From the NCBI GenBank assembly GCA_031409655.1, contig JANNXQ010000011.1, forward strand, positions 1-23,636: a DNA stretch of 23,636 nt. The letters run 5' to 3'. A program made the position numbers and the translations under genes. This document shows positions 8,502 to 16,294 of this stretch, piece after piece. The first letter of the stretch is position 1. Each line of letters starts with the position of its first letter. The DNA comes from Chthoniobacteraceae bacterium (lineage in GTDB: Bacteria > Verrucomicrobiota > Verrucomicrobiia > Chthoniobacterales > Chthoniobacteraceae). A model generated the notes under the pieces. It made no database searches. It saw only the letters and a program-made list of their open reading frames with translations, and had not been told where the DNA came from.

Positions 8502-11234
8502 TCACCACCGGTATTCCAGCGTGAGCGTGGAGCGGCCTTTCGGCAGCGTCAGCGGGATGAGCACGTCGCCGCTTTCGCCGTCGCGGACGACGCCTTTGTG
8601 GTCGCTGGTGATACGCACCTGAAGCTTGTCCACGGTGAATGTGCGGTCGGCGGAAGCGGTGATTTTCTTCCCAGCGGCGGCGCGAAAATAGAACGGTGGC
8701 TGCTCAGCGGGTGTGTCGAAGCGGAGTGTGCGTTTGAAGTAGGCATTGCCGTCCTTGTCGTGCGCGTCCTCGAAGAAGTCCTCCACCGCGATGTCGCCGT
8801 AGTGGTAGCGCAACGTCGGCCTGCGTGCGGCATCGAGCGTGTAGCCGCGGAACTGGTATCCGTGGTCTTGCGGGAAGGCGTGGTTGGTTTTTCCTTTGTA
8901 GGGCCAGTTGTCCTCCAGCGATGTCAGGCGATGGAAGGGGATGCCGGGCGGGAAGGAAATCGAATCGGTTCCGTTCGGGCGGAAGCGGCCCAGTTCAACG
9001 CTGGCGAAGTCGCCTTTCCAAAGCTGGCGCAGCGCCATTTCGCCGGAGTCGAACGCGAGATTGATGCGCTCGGGATAGCCCACGCCGATGCCGCGATAGC
9101 CCACGGGACTTTGCCCACGGCAAATCTCGGTGGTGTCGCCCACGCGCAGTTCGTTGGATTGCCGGGAAAGCCCGACCGGCTTCTTCGCGCGAGTGCCGTC
9201 TTCGAGATAGCTCCACAGCGCTTCGATTTGCTGCGCGGTGTCGCCGCCGAGGATGGCCGGGCGCGTGGATTGTCCGTCGGGCCAGAAGCTCGGCATGATA
9301 ACCGTCGGGTGAAAGCGCGACGGCTGCCGCATGTAGAGCGCGAACCAGTTCTTCTTGAGCCGCTCGGTCACGCGACCGATGTCGAGCGCGCTCATCTCGC
9401 CGGATTTTTGTCCGTTGAATTCATGGCACGCGATGCAGCTCAGGCCGTTGGTGCCGATCATTTCATAGCCCGCGTTTTTCGATTCCAAAATGTTCGCGAC
9501 CCTCGGGAGCACGGCGGCTTCGAGTTGATCCACCTTGCCAAACAACTCCACGAGATGCCCGACGTTCGCTTCGCCAAACTGCGGCATCGCGGCCTCCACG
9601 TAATCGCGCTGGCGTTTCCCGCGCAGCAGCAATTCGGCGATCCACTCGGGCTTCAGCTTTGCGCCGACGTGCGAGAGCGGCGGAGGGATGCGACCTTGAT
9701 CGCCGAGCGCTGGCTGCGTGCCGGTGAAGATCGCGTTGCGTTCCGGGGGGATTCCGCCGAGGCCGGTGCGCTCGTGACACGCGATGCAGTTGAACGTGGC
9801 GAGCGTCTTTGCGAGCTGTTGTTTGTCGTCGAGCAACGGCTTCTCCGCGATGGGCAGCGCCTTGGTGATCCACCCGCGCTGTTCCGCATTCAAATCGAAG
9901 CGCGGCCACGCTCCCGCAGCTTCGCCGAGACACCCGCGGCCCGCGCCGAGCTTGGCCCACGCGAGTCCTGGTGTCGCGGGAACCTTGAGATCGTCGTGGC
10001 AATTCGCGCAGCCGAGTTTGCCGAAATGTTCCCGTCCGCGAGCGGCGAGTTCGGCATCCACCTTGAGCGGCTCGAAGGGCGCGATGGGTTCGCTGGAGAT
10101 GGACAGTCGCGACGAAGGAATCGGTCCCCGCTTGAACTGCGGCCCTTCCATCTCGCACGAAAACTTCGCCTCACGCCCCGTGTGAAAATACGTGAGCTGG
10201 ATTTTGCGCCAGCCCGCCGCGAGTTCCGCCGCGCCTTCCAGTTCCTTCACCCCGCGCCGGTCACTCGGCTCCTGCGCGATGATTTGTTTCCCGTCCACGA
10301 GCAGCGAGCCGCCGTTCATCTTGAGGAAAAACGTGTGCCGCCCCGCGTCCGCGATGTTCACCCAGCCGTCGTATTTGATCGCCGAGTGCTGCGGGATTTT
10401 GCCCAGGCCAAGGCTCTCCAGCGCAAAGTCGTTCACATGCCCCGCGCGCTCCGCAATCACCTTTTCGCCCTCCAGTCCCTCCCACACCTCCCCGCGATAA
10501 AACGTGTAGCCGAGCGAGCCTGGCACGCGCGTGTGTTGGAGTAGATAATGGGCGATGCGCTCCACGTCCTTCGCGGCGAGCCGCATGTCCGGCATCCGCC
10601 CCGAGGGCCGGCTCGCGTGCGGCTGGCGCAGAAAATCCACGAGACTCTTGAAGCTGTATTTTTTCTCCAGCGCACCGAGCGGAACGGAATTCTTCGGCAG
10701 CAACTCCGCGCCCTTTTCGTCGCGAGGCGAATGACACGCCGCGCACCCCCGCGAATGAAACAGCCGCATCCCCTGCCCCGCCGCGACCGCATCCGGCGGT
10801 TGCAGCGCGAAGTCATTCTTTTTCAGCGACAGCAAAAAGTCCGTGAGCGCCGTCGCCGTCTGCCGCTTTTCGTCCGCGCCGAATTGCCCAAGCAAATCCG
10901 GCATCGTGGTGCCGGGCTTGGTCCCATGCGGATTGGCGATGAACGTCTCCAGCCATCCCGGATTCGCGCGCGAACCGATGTCGGCAAGTCGCGGTGCCTT
11001 CTTCGATCGAGCCGCCAGAGACGCGTCGCCCGCGTGGCAAGCCGCGCAATTCAACTCCTCAATCAGCACCAATCCTTTCAGCGCCGGATCGAGCTGGCTC
11101 GACGATACTCCGGGAACGATCACCTCTGCGACGGCGGCGCAGTGGAGCATGACACCCAGTGTGATCCACGAGAGAATTCCCGCCCCACGCAGCCGTGCCG
11201 TGCCCGGTGTTAGTGCGGCGGACTTGTTTTTCAT
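8502..11234 (-). CDS. Secreted five-heme c-type cytochrome with a PA14-like domain
   Basis: Five CxxCH motifs (about 11034-11048, 10731-10745, 9996-10010, 9774-9788, 9423-9437), four followed by Met-Pro distal-ligand motifs (TMPD, RMPD, AMPQF, IMPSF). PA14-like segment AIKYDGWVNIADAGRHTFFLKMNGGSLLVDGKQII...LAAGWRKIQLTYF. Start ATG 11234 preferred because the ORF-track extension runs through pseudogene DNA. Confidence 0.88.
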   Translation of the reverse strand: MKNKSAALTPGTARLRGAGILSWITLGVMLHCAAVAEVIVPGVSSSQLDPALKGLVLIEELNCAACHAGDASLAARSKKAPRLADIGSRANPGWLETFIANPHGTKPGTTMPDLLGQFGADEKRQTATALTDFLLSLKKNDFALQPPDAVAAGQGMRLFHSRGCAACHSPRDEKGAELLPKNSVPLGALEKKYSFKSLVDFLRQPHASRPSGRMPDMRLAAKDVERIAHYLLQHTRVPGSLGYTFYRGEVWEGLEGEKVIAERAGHVNDFALESLGLGKIPQHSAIKYDGWVNIADAGRHTFFLKMNGGSLLVDGKQIIAQEPSDRRGVKELEGAAELAAGWRKIQLTYFHTGREAKFSCEMEGPQFKRGPIPSSRLSISSEPIAPFEPLKVDAELAARGREHFGKLGCANCHDDLKVPATPGLAWAKLGAGRGCLGEAAGAWPRFDLNAEQRGWITKALPIAEKPLLDDKQQLAKTLATFNCIACHERTGLGGIPPERNAIFTGTQPALGDQGRIPPPLSHVGAKLKPEWIAELLLRGKRQRDYVEAAMPQFGEANVGHLVELFGKVDQLEAAVLPRVANILESKNAGYEMIGTNGLSCIACHEFNGQKSGEMSALDIGRVTERLKKNWFALYMRQPSRFHPTVIMPSFWPDGQSTRPAILGGDTAQQIEALWSYLEDGTRAKKPVGLSRQSNELRVGDTTEICRGQSPVGYRGIGVGYPERINLAFDSGEMALRQLWKGDFASVELGRFRPNGTDSISFPPGIPFHRLTSLEDNWPYKGKTNHAFPQDHGYQFRGYTLDAARRPTLRYHYGDIAVEDFFEDAHDKDGNAYFKRTLRFDTPAEQPPFYFRAAAGKKITASADRTFTVDKLQVRITSDHKGVVRDGESGDVLIPLTLPKGRSTLTLEYRW

Positions 11235-11248
11235 GGGTCGTGTGAAGG

Positions 11249-11552
11249 TCATTCGGTTTTCGAGTTTCTGCGTCCTGCGGTCTTGCTCGCTTCGAGCAGA
11301 CCCTTGAGTTCCTTCCAGATCTTGAATCGAGGTTGGTCGTTTCAACGGGATCGCCTTCGAGGTCGTAGATTTGTCCCGGTGCCTAGTGCGCGGTGTCAGG
11401 GAGGGGGTAGAGTTTGAGTTCGACACAGTCGTATTTGTTCCCGCCAGAGCCGTTGTGGTCGATCTATTTCCAAGCTCCGCGACGGACGGAAACAGCGCGC
11501 CCGCCGCCAAATGCCTGCATGAGCAGATGCGGGTGGATCTGGGCGGTGGCCA
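11249..11552 (-). pseudogene. Sulfatase C-terminal remnant
   Basis: Manual translation: HLLMQAFGGGRAVSVRRGAWK*IDHNGSGGNKYD...PDTAH*APGQIYDLEGDPVETTNL, then a frameshift to KELKGLLEASKTAGR...*. In-frame TAG stops at 11464-11466 and 11383-11385. It parallels AIRQGQWKL..GSGG..QLYDLSTDIGETKNV..LLDQTIANGRS of the sulfatase at 16295-17770. Confidence 0.85.
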
Positions 11553-11753
11553 TGTCCATGCCCCAGATCGTCTTGGTGCACATCTCGCCGATGCATAACT
11601 TCAGGTCTGGCCACTTGAGGTCACGACGCCATGAGGCCAGAAAGTTCTTGAGGTTGCAGCCATAGGTCGGTTTGAACTCCTTGTTGAAGATATCGTTCTC
11701 CCCCTGATGCCACATGAAGCCTTCAATTCGGTAAGGCACTTCCATCCGGTCCA
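11553..11753 (-). pseudogene. Internal fragment of a SASA acetylesterase paralog
   Basis: DRMEVPYRIEGFMWHQGENDIFNKEFKPTYGCNLKNFLASWRRDLKWPDLKLCIGEMCTKTIWGMD versus DRKKVPYRIEGFMWHQGENDMFNKEFKPAYGKNLKNFLASWRRDLKTPGLKFYIGELCTKTIWGMD in 1188-2840. It lacks both termini and the GQSN nucleophile motif. Confidence 0.92.
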
Positions 11754-11900
11754 CTTGTTGCCGATGGGAAATGAATGCCGCAGGAGATGCCTTCCCCGAT
11801 GATGACGTCATTGGGTCCGCTCTTTAGAAAGTCACCGGCTTGTATCCAATGCTTGAGATCGTTGGATTTCGAGAGTGCCGGATTTCTAACACCAGAGACG
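11751..11900 (-). pseudogene. Internal fragment of a five-bladed beta-propeller glycoside hydrolase (GH32-like)
   Basis: Frame reads VSGVRNPALSKSNDLKHWIQAGDFLKSGPNDVIIGEGISCG, then a frameshift to FPIGNKW. The S-x-DL-x-HW and C-x(2-3)-FP-x-G-x-KW patterns resemble the GH32 blade containing the acid/base (ECP) motif. Confidence 0.6.
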
Positions 11901-12051
11901 AGTAGTTCTCCATCGCAAAACGTGCGCCCGGCATCATGCCGCCCGGCCGGTCAAGGATGGTAAGTGCGAGGTGGTATTGACCCGACTTGATGTCCTCTGG
12001 CGGCGTGGAGTCGCCTTCATCGTGCTTTGGCACAGCAGGGCGACGGTAAGC
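11901..12051 (-). pseudogene. C-terminal-region fragment resembling DUF4832-type proteins
   Basis: AYRRPAVPKHDEGDSTPPEDIKSGQYHLALTILDRPGGMMPGARFAMENY resembles the G-x-Y-x-LAL-x-ILD...P-x-x-RFA-x-x-NY Ig-like tail of DUF4832 proteins. The family assignment is from memory only. Confidence 0.45.
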
Positions 12052-12127
12052 AAGGGAGCAGAAGCATTTCAGGAATGACTGGGAAAGGAGGACAGGGCCG
12101 CGAGCCCGGCGATGGGGGAGCGGTACG

Positions 12128-13666
12128 TTACTCCGGGCGCGTGACGGTGCTGGATTTTGCTTTGGCGAGCAGCGCGGCGAGGCGTTTGGCTTCGGCGGCT
12201 TGATCCTGGACAAGGTTTTTTGTTTCGCCCGGATCTTTCGCGAGGTCAAAGAGGGCGGGACGTTCGGGGGCGTTGGCCTTTTTCTTTTGGCCGCCATACC
12301 ACCCATCGGCGACGGCAAGATCGGGCATATACTTGAAGCTGCCGCTGCGGATGGCGAGGTCGCCATTGCCGCTCATGAGGACGAGTTGGTTGCGTTTGGG
12401 GGCACCTTTTTCGCCGAGCATGGCGGGCAGGAGGTTGTAGCTGTCGGGCAGTGCGTCTTTTGGCAGCGTGATCCCGGCGGCGGCGCAGATGGTGGCGGGC
12501 ACGTCGATGGTGGAAGCCAGATCCGCCGAGACGCCGGGCTGGATGCGGGCGGGCCAGCGGATGATGAAGGGCACACGGTGGCCGCCTTCCCAGAGTTGTG
12601 ATTTTTTCCCACGATAGGGACCAGTAGGCAGGTGGCCGTTTTCATCTTTCGCATAGGCTCCGTTGTCGCTGCTGTAGATCACGAGCGTGTCTTTGGCCAG
12701 GCCGAGGCTGTCCAACGTTTGGAGGAGTTCTCCGATGGAGGCATCGAGTTCGTGGAGCGTATCGACGCGGTTTCCGAGGCCGCTGCTACCGGCAAATCGC
12801 GGACCGGGAATGGTGGGCGCATGCACGTTATGCGGGGCGAAGAGCAGGAAGAATGGCCGGTCGTTGCCAGGTGCCCCCTCACCTGCCCTTCGTGCTGACT
12901 TTGTCAGGCTGTCTCGCTCCGCTCGGCTGTTTCGCTCGATGAATTGGACGCATTCGCGGGTGAGAGTGTCGGCCATTTCGGTGTCCTTCCACCAGGCGGA
13001 TTTGCCGCCTTTGGCCCAGCCGATGCGGTTGCGTCCGGCGGCCCAGGCAGTCATGCCTTGGCTTTTGGCGTCGGCTTCTTTGAAGCTGTAGTGGAGCGGG
13101 TCACCGGGATCGAGGCCCTGCACGCGATGATCGCGCACGAACACGGTGGGCATGCGGTCATTGGTGGCGGGCAGGCCGAAAAACTCGTGGAAGCCGACTT
13201 CCAAGGGGCCGGGGCGGAGTTCCTGATTGTAGTCAGGCTTGGTCAGGCCGAAGCCGAGATGCCATTTGCCGATGAGCGCGGTCCGGTAGCCGGCCTGCTT
13301 GAGCAGTCCCGGCGCGGTGGTCATCGCGGTGGGAATGAGCAGGGGTGAATCTGCATTGGCGACACCTTTGTTCAGACCGGCACCGCTCTGTCGCCATGAA
13401 TACTGGCCGGTGATCAGCGAGTAGCGGGTGGGAGTGCAAACGGCGGCGGAGGCGTGCCCATTTTCAAAGCGCTGCCCCTCGCGTGCCAGGCGGTCGATGT
13501 TCGGCGTCTTGACCTTGGTGGCGCCATAGCAACCGGCATCACCGCAGCCCACATCATCGGCGAGGATGACGAGGATGTTGGGCTTCTTGGCTGGTGCATC
13601 GGCTGCGTGGAGTGCGGCCAGCGGCGCGAGCAGCAAGGTGGCGAGGAGCGCCAGTGTGTGTTTCAT
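12128..13666 (-). CDS. Cys-type (formylglycine-dependent, S1) sulfatase, secreted
   Basis: PNILVILADDVG, CTPTRYSLITG, YRTALIGKWHLG, VIYSSDNG, GKKSQLWEGGHRVP, LFDLAKDPGETKNL; signal peptide. Confidence 0.95.
   Translation of the reverse strand: MKHTLALLATLLLAPLAALHAADAPAKKPNILVILADDVGCGDAGCYGATKVKTPNIDRLAREGQRFENGHASAAVCTPTRYSLITGQYSWRQSGAGLNKGVANADSPLLIPTAMTTAPGLLKQAGYRTALIGKWHLGFGLTKPDYNQELRPGPLEVGFHEFFGLPATNDRMPTVFVRDHRVQGLDPGDPLHYSFKEADAKSQGMTAWAAGRNRIGWAKGGKSAWWKDTEMADTLTRECVQFIERNSRAERDSLTKSARRAGEGAPGNDRPFFLLFAPHNVHAPTIPGPRFAGSSGLGNRVDTLHELDASIGELLQTLDSLGLAKDTLVIYSSDNGAYAKDENGHLPTGPYRGKKSQLWEGGHRVPFIIRWPARIQPGVSADLASTIDVPATICAAAGITLPKDALPDSYNLLPAMLGEKGAPKRNQLVLMSGNGDLAIRSGSFKYMPDLAVADGWYGGQKKKANAPERPALFDLAKDPGETKNLVQDQAAEAKRLAALLAKAKSSTVTRPE
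12866..12928. repeat. 63-nt in-frame insertion with palindromic/REP-like features inside the sulfatase gene
   Basis: Adds SRAERDSLTKSARRAGEGAPG between FIERN and NDRPFFL. It contains the hairpin CTGAC-TTT-GTCAG (12895-12907), a near-hairpin GCCC-TTC-GTGC and TCGCTCCGCTCG, and is flanked by AAC on both sides on the coding strand. Confidence 0.6.
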
Positions 13667-13673
13667 GGATGGT

Positions 13674-15185
13674 TTAGGGGGTAAGTTTCAGCCACGCGTC
13701 GATGTTGTCGGACGCAGCGCGAATCTGTCCGGGCGAAGGTTGCTTCGGTCCAGGAAGATAAAGCACGGGTGAAATGTCTTTCTGAAACTGGTGATCAAAT
13801 GCGCGCGCCTTCTGCATCAGGCTGGCGAACACCTCAGGATGCGCCGGGGCGACATCGGTTTGCTCGCCAATGTCCTTGTCGAGGTTGTAGAGAGTCGCTT
13901 GCGGCCACAGGCGGTGCTGGCGTTCGAAGAGTCCGGGCTGATTTTCGAACCAGAGGCTCGGCACACGCATCGTGGGAAGTTCGGTGATGGGCACCAGCAG
14001 TTTCCACGGCCCTTCGCGCACTGCCTGGAGCTGCACGCCGAAGTAATGAAACAAGTGTGGCGACTCTTCTTGCGAGGCACTTCCGAGAGGAGTGTTGCTG
14101 GCATCTCGGCCATCCAGCGTGACTCCGGCCGGCAGGGGCGCGCCAGCGATCTTCGCAAATGTCGGCAGCAGATCCATCGTGGACCACACGCCGTGCTCGT
14201 CGCGTCCCGCGAGAATTTTCCCGGGCCAACGCGCGATGCACGGCACGCAGATCCCGCCCTCGAAAGTCGAGCCTTTGCCTGCGCGTGACGGGCCATTGCT
14301 GCCTCCGTTCGAGCGTCCGGGGAAGCGGGCGTTGGGGCTCGGCTTTTTGCCGCGAAGATTGGCTCCGTTGTCTGAAGTGAGGATGACCAGCGTGTGTTCG
14401 TCGAGGCCGAGTTCCTTCAGCACGTCCAGCACTTGCCCCGTGCTCCAATCAAGCTCCTCAATCGAGTCGCCGTAAATGCCGTCCTTCGATTTCCCGGCAA
14501 AAGCGGGCGACGCGTATTGCGGGATGTGCGGCATCGTGTGGGCCAGGTAGAGGAAGAATGGCCGCGCGCGATTCCGACGAATGAAGTCCACCGCGCGTTC
14601 GGTGTAGCGTTGAGTCAGCATCGCCTGATCGACCGGCGATTCGACGATGCGATCACCGTCGCGCAGTTGCAACGCCTCGAACATGCTGAGCTGCATGAAT
14701 GGCTGGCCGACTTTCCATTCCTCGGTGTCGTTGGTGTGCAGCAGGCCGAAGAACTCATCGAAACCTTGCTGTTGTGGACGCATCTCCTGACGCCAGCCGA
14801 GGTGCCATTTTCCGACACATGCGGTCGCATAACCGGCAGACTTGAAGACCTCCGCGATCGTCACCTCACTGGCTGGCAGCCCGGTATGCTCGCTGGAGAA
14901 TAAGACGTAAGGCACGCCCGCGCGTGCCGGCAAACGCCCAGTCAGCAAAGCGGCGCGCGATGGACTGCAAAACGGCGACGCCACATAGAAGTCGGTAAAG
15001 CGCGCACCCTCCCGAGCCATTCGATCCATGCGCGGTGTGGCGATGACCTTCGAGCCGTAGCAACCGAGGTCGCCATAGCCGAGGTCATCGGCGTTGATCA
15101 CGATGATGTTATGAAGTGGTGCGGCAGAGGCGTGGGGTGAGGCCAGCAGCGCGAGCAGCAGGGCCGTGACCAGTGTGAGCTTCAT
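13674..15185 (-). CDS. Cys-type S1 sulfatase (arylsulfatase A/GALNS-like), secreted
   Basis: NIIVINADDLGYGDLGCYG, CSPSRAALLTG, ATACVGKWHLG, HTMPHIP, ILTSDNG, GKGSTFEGG, LYNLDKDIGEQ. Confidence 0.95.
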   Translation of the reverse strand: MKLTLVTALLLALLASPHASAAPLHNIIVINADDLGYGDLGCYGSKVIATPRMDRMAREGARFTDFYVASPFCSPSRAALLTGRLPARAGVPYVLFSSEHTGLPASEVTIAEVFKSAGYATACVGKWHLGWRQEMRPQQQGFDEFFGLLHTNDTEEWKVGQPFMQLSMFEALQLRDGDRIVESPVDQAMLTQRYTERAVDFIRRNRARPFFLYLAHTMPHIPQYASPAFAGKSKDGIYGDSIEELDWSTGQVLDVLKELGLDEHTLVILTSDNGANLRGKKPSPNARFPGRSNGGSNGPSRAGKGSTFEGGICVPCIARWPGKILAGRDEHGVWSTMDLLPTFAKIAGAPLPAGVTLDGRDASNTPLGSASQEESPHLFHYFGVQLQAVREGPWKLLVPITELPTMRVPSLWFENQPGLFERQHRLWPQATLYNLDKDIGEQTDVAPAHPEVFASLMQKARAFDHQFQKDISPVLYLPGPKQPSPGQIRAASDNIDAWLKLTP

Positions 15186-16291
15186 GGTTTCGGTAACGCA
15201 GCTACACGCAAAGCTTTACCCACCGCGTTGATGCGTGCATCGTTCGGTTTGCCATCGGTGCCAAGTGTCGGCAGGAGCCAGCCACCTTCGTCGTTCTCGT
15301 TCCAGCCGTAGATGATGACGGCGTTGCTCGGATTGATGTCGCGGTTTGCTTTCGTCCATGCGAGCGCCTCGCCGACGTGGGCGGCGAGTTCGTCGGGCGT
15401 GGCGGTAACGGAATCAATGAGCGGCTTCTGCTCCGCTGGCGGTGTTTTGTCCGGTGTCGCGGTGACCCATGAACACCACGGCGGCGGGCGTTCATTGCGC
15501 GGGCGCGTGTCCCAGCCGGCACTGGCGAAGGTCACGCTCGGGAGGCGGAGGGCACGGGATTTCTCCCAGCGGTCGCGACGAACAAGCGCGCATTGCTCCG
15601 CGAAACTCGGCTGCGTCATGCTGTAGCTGCCGCCGCGCGCGTAGGCGGAGACGGCATCGAAACCGAGTTTGGTCATGTCCGTCGCGTCCTCGGCGGGATC
15701 CCAGCCCATGAGCACGAGATACGGTGCCTTCATGCCAGCGGCGATGGTCTGGCGCTTCAGCTCATCCCACTCGGCTTTGGCGAGTTTCTCGGTTTTCACA
15801 AACACAAACAGCAGCGGACGGCCATCGAGCACGGTTTGGTAATCGGGATGCCGGAAGTGCTCCACGAGCCTGCTCCAGGCTTTCGCACCCACTCCGTCGA
15901 TCCGCGCACCTTCTTCGACGAGGCAGTAGCGGATGCCTTTCTTGTCTTTCGCGGCCAGGTAGCGGATCAATCCGATGCTCATGCCCGGAGCTTCATCCAG
16001 ATAGTCGAGGAAGGCCCAGTAGTTCAGCCCCGCCTGCGCCGCATAAGTGATTTCCTGTTCGATGATAACCTGCGAGTCGCCGTTGATGCTCACTTCGTCC
16101 GCACCGACGACGCGAGCAAACCACGGCAGGCGAAAATGATACTTCGGCTGGCCGAGCGATGCCTCCACAGCCTTCGTCACGCCCCCATCGCCATACCAGG
16201 CATCCCAGCGGATCGCGCCGACGATGGGGCTGTCATCGGCGGCGTGCAGCGCGGACAGCGCAGCCAGAAGAAATGCGAACGTGAGTTTCAT
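15182..16291 (-). CDS. Secreted GH99/GH71/WbsX-like TIM-barrel glycoside hydrolase
   Basis: VGAIRWDAWY, QEITYAAQAGLNYWAF, HPDYQTVLDGRPLLFVF, GWDTRPR, IIYGWNENDEGGWLLP. Its stop overlaps the next gene's start (ATGA). Confidence 0.7.
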   Translation of the reverse strand: MKLTFAFLLAALSALHAADDSPIVGAIRWDAWYGDGGVTKAVEASLGQPKYHFRLPWFARVVGADEVSINGDSQVIIEQEITYAAQAGLNYWAFLDYLDEAPGMSIGLIRYLAAKDKKGIRYCLVEEGARIDGVGAKAWSRLVEHFRHPDYQTVLDGRPLLFVFVKTEKLAKAEWDELKRQTIAAGMKAPYLVLMGWDPAEDATDMTKLGFDAVSAYARGGSYSMTQPSFAEQCALVRRDRWEKSRALRLPSVTFASAGWDTRPRNERPPPWCSWVTATPDKTPPAEQKPLIDSVTATPDELAAHVGEALAWTKANRDINPSNAVIIYGWNENDEGGWLLPTLGTDGKPNDARINAVGKALRVAALPKP

Positions 16292-16294
16292 GCG

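Noticed and set aside
5..10544. Long plus-strand ORFs (5-1153, 1197-2405, 5302-6354, 6533-8191, 8391-10544; likewise 15593-17083 and others)
   Set aside because: They are antisense shadows of well-supported minus-strand genes in high-GC DNA and carry no recognisable motifs.
11383..11466. Stop-codon recoding (two in-frame TAGs in a sulfatase-like frame)
   Set aside because: The same fragment also has a frameshift and lacks its N-terminal part, and TAG is a normal terminator for several intact genes here (e.g. at 3831, 4867, 6359, 16295).
11235..11510. 92-aa N-terminal extension of the cytochrome c ORF (1002-aa call)
   Set aside because: It is an alternative frame across the sulfatase pseudogene remnant; the signal-peptide-like sequence begins at ATG 11234.
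2189..11753. Diversity-generating retroelement TR/VR pair suggested by the 201-nt repeat
   Set aside because: The mismatches are not adenine-specific on either strand and many are synonymous. The repeat is mid-gene and no reverse transcriptase is present.
11824..12366. 180-aa minus-strand ORF as a real gene
   Set aside because: Its first part is an off-frame overlap with the sulfatase 3' end; only the ~50-aa DUF4832-like stretch looks protein-derived.
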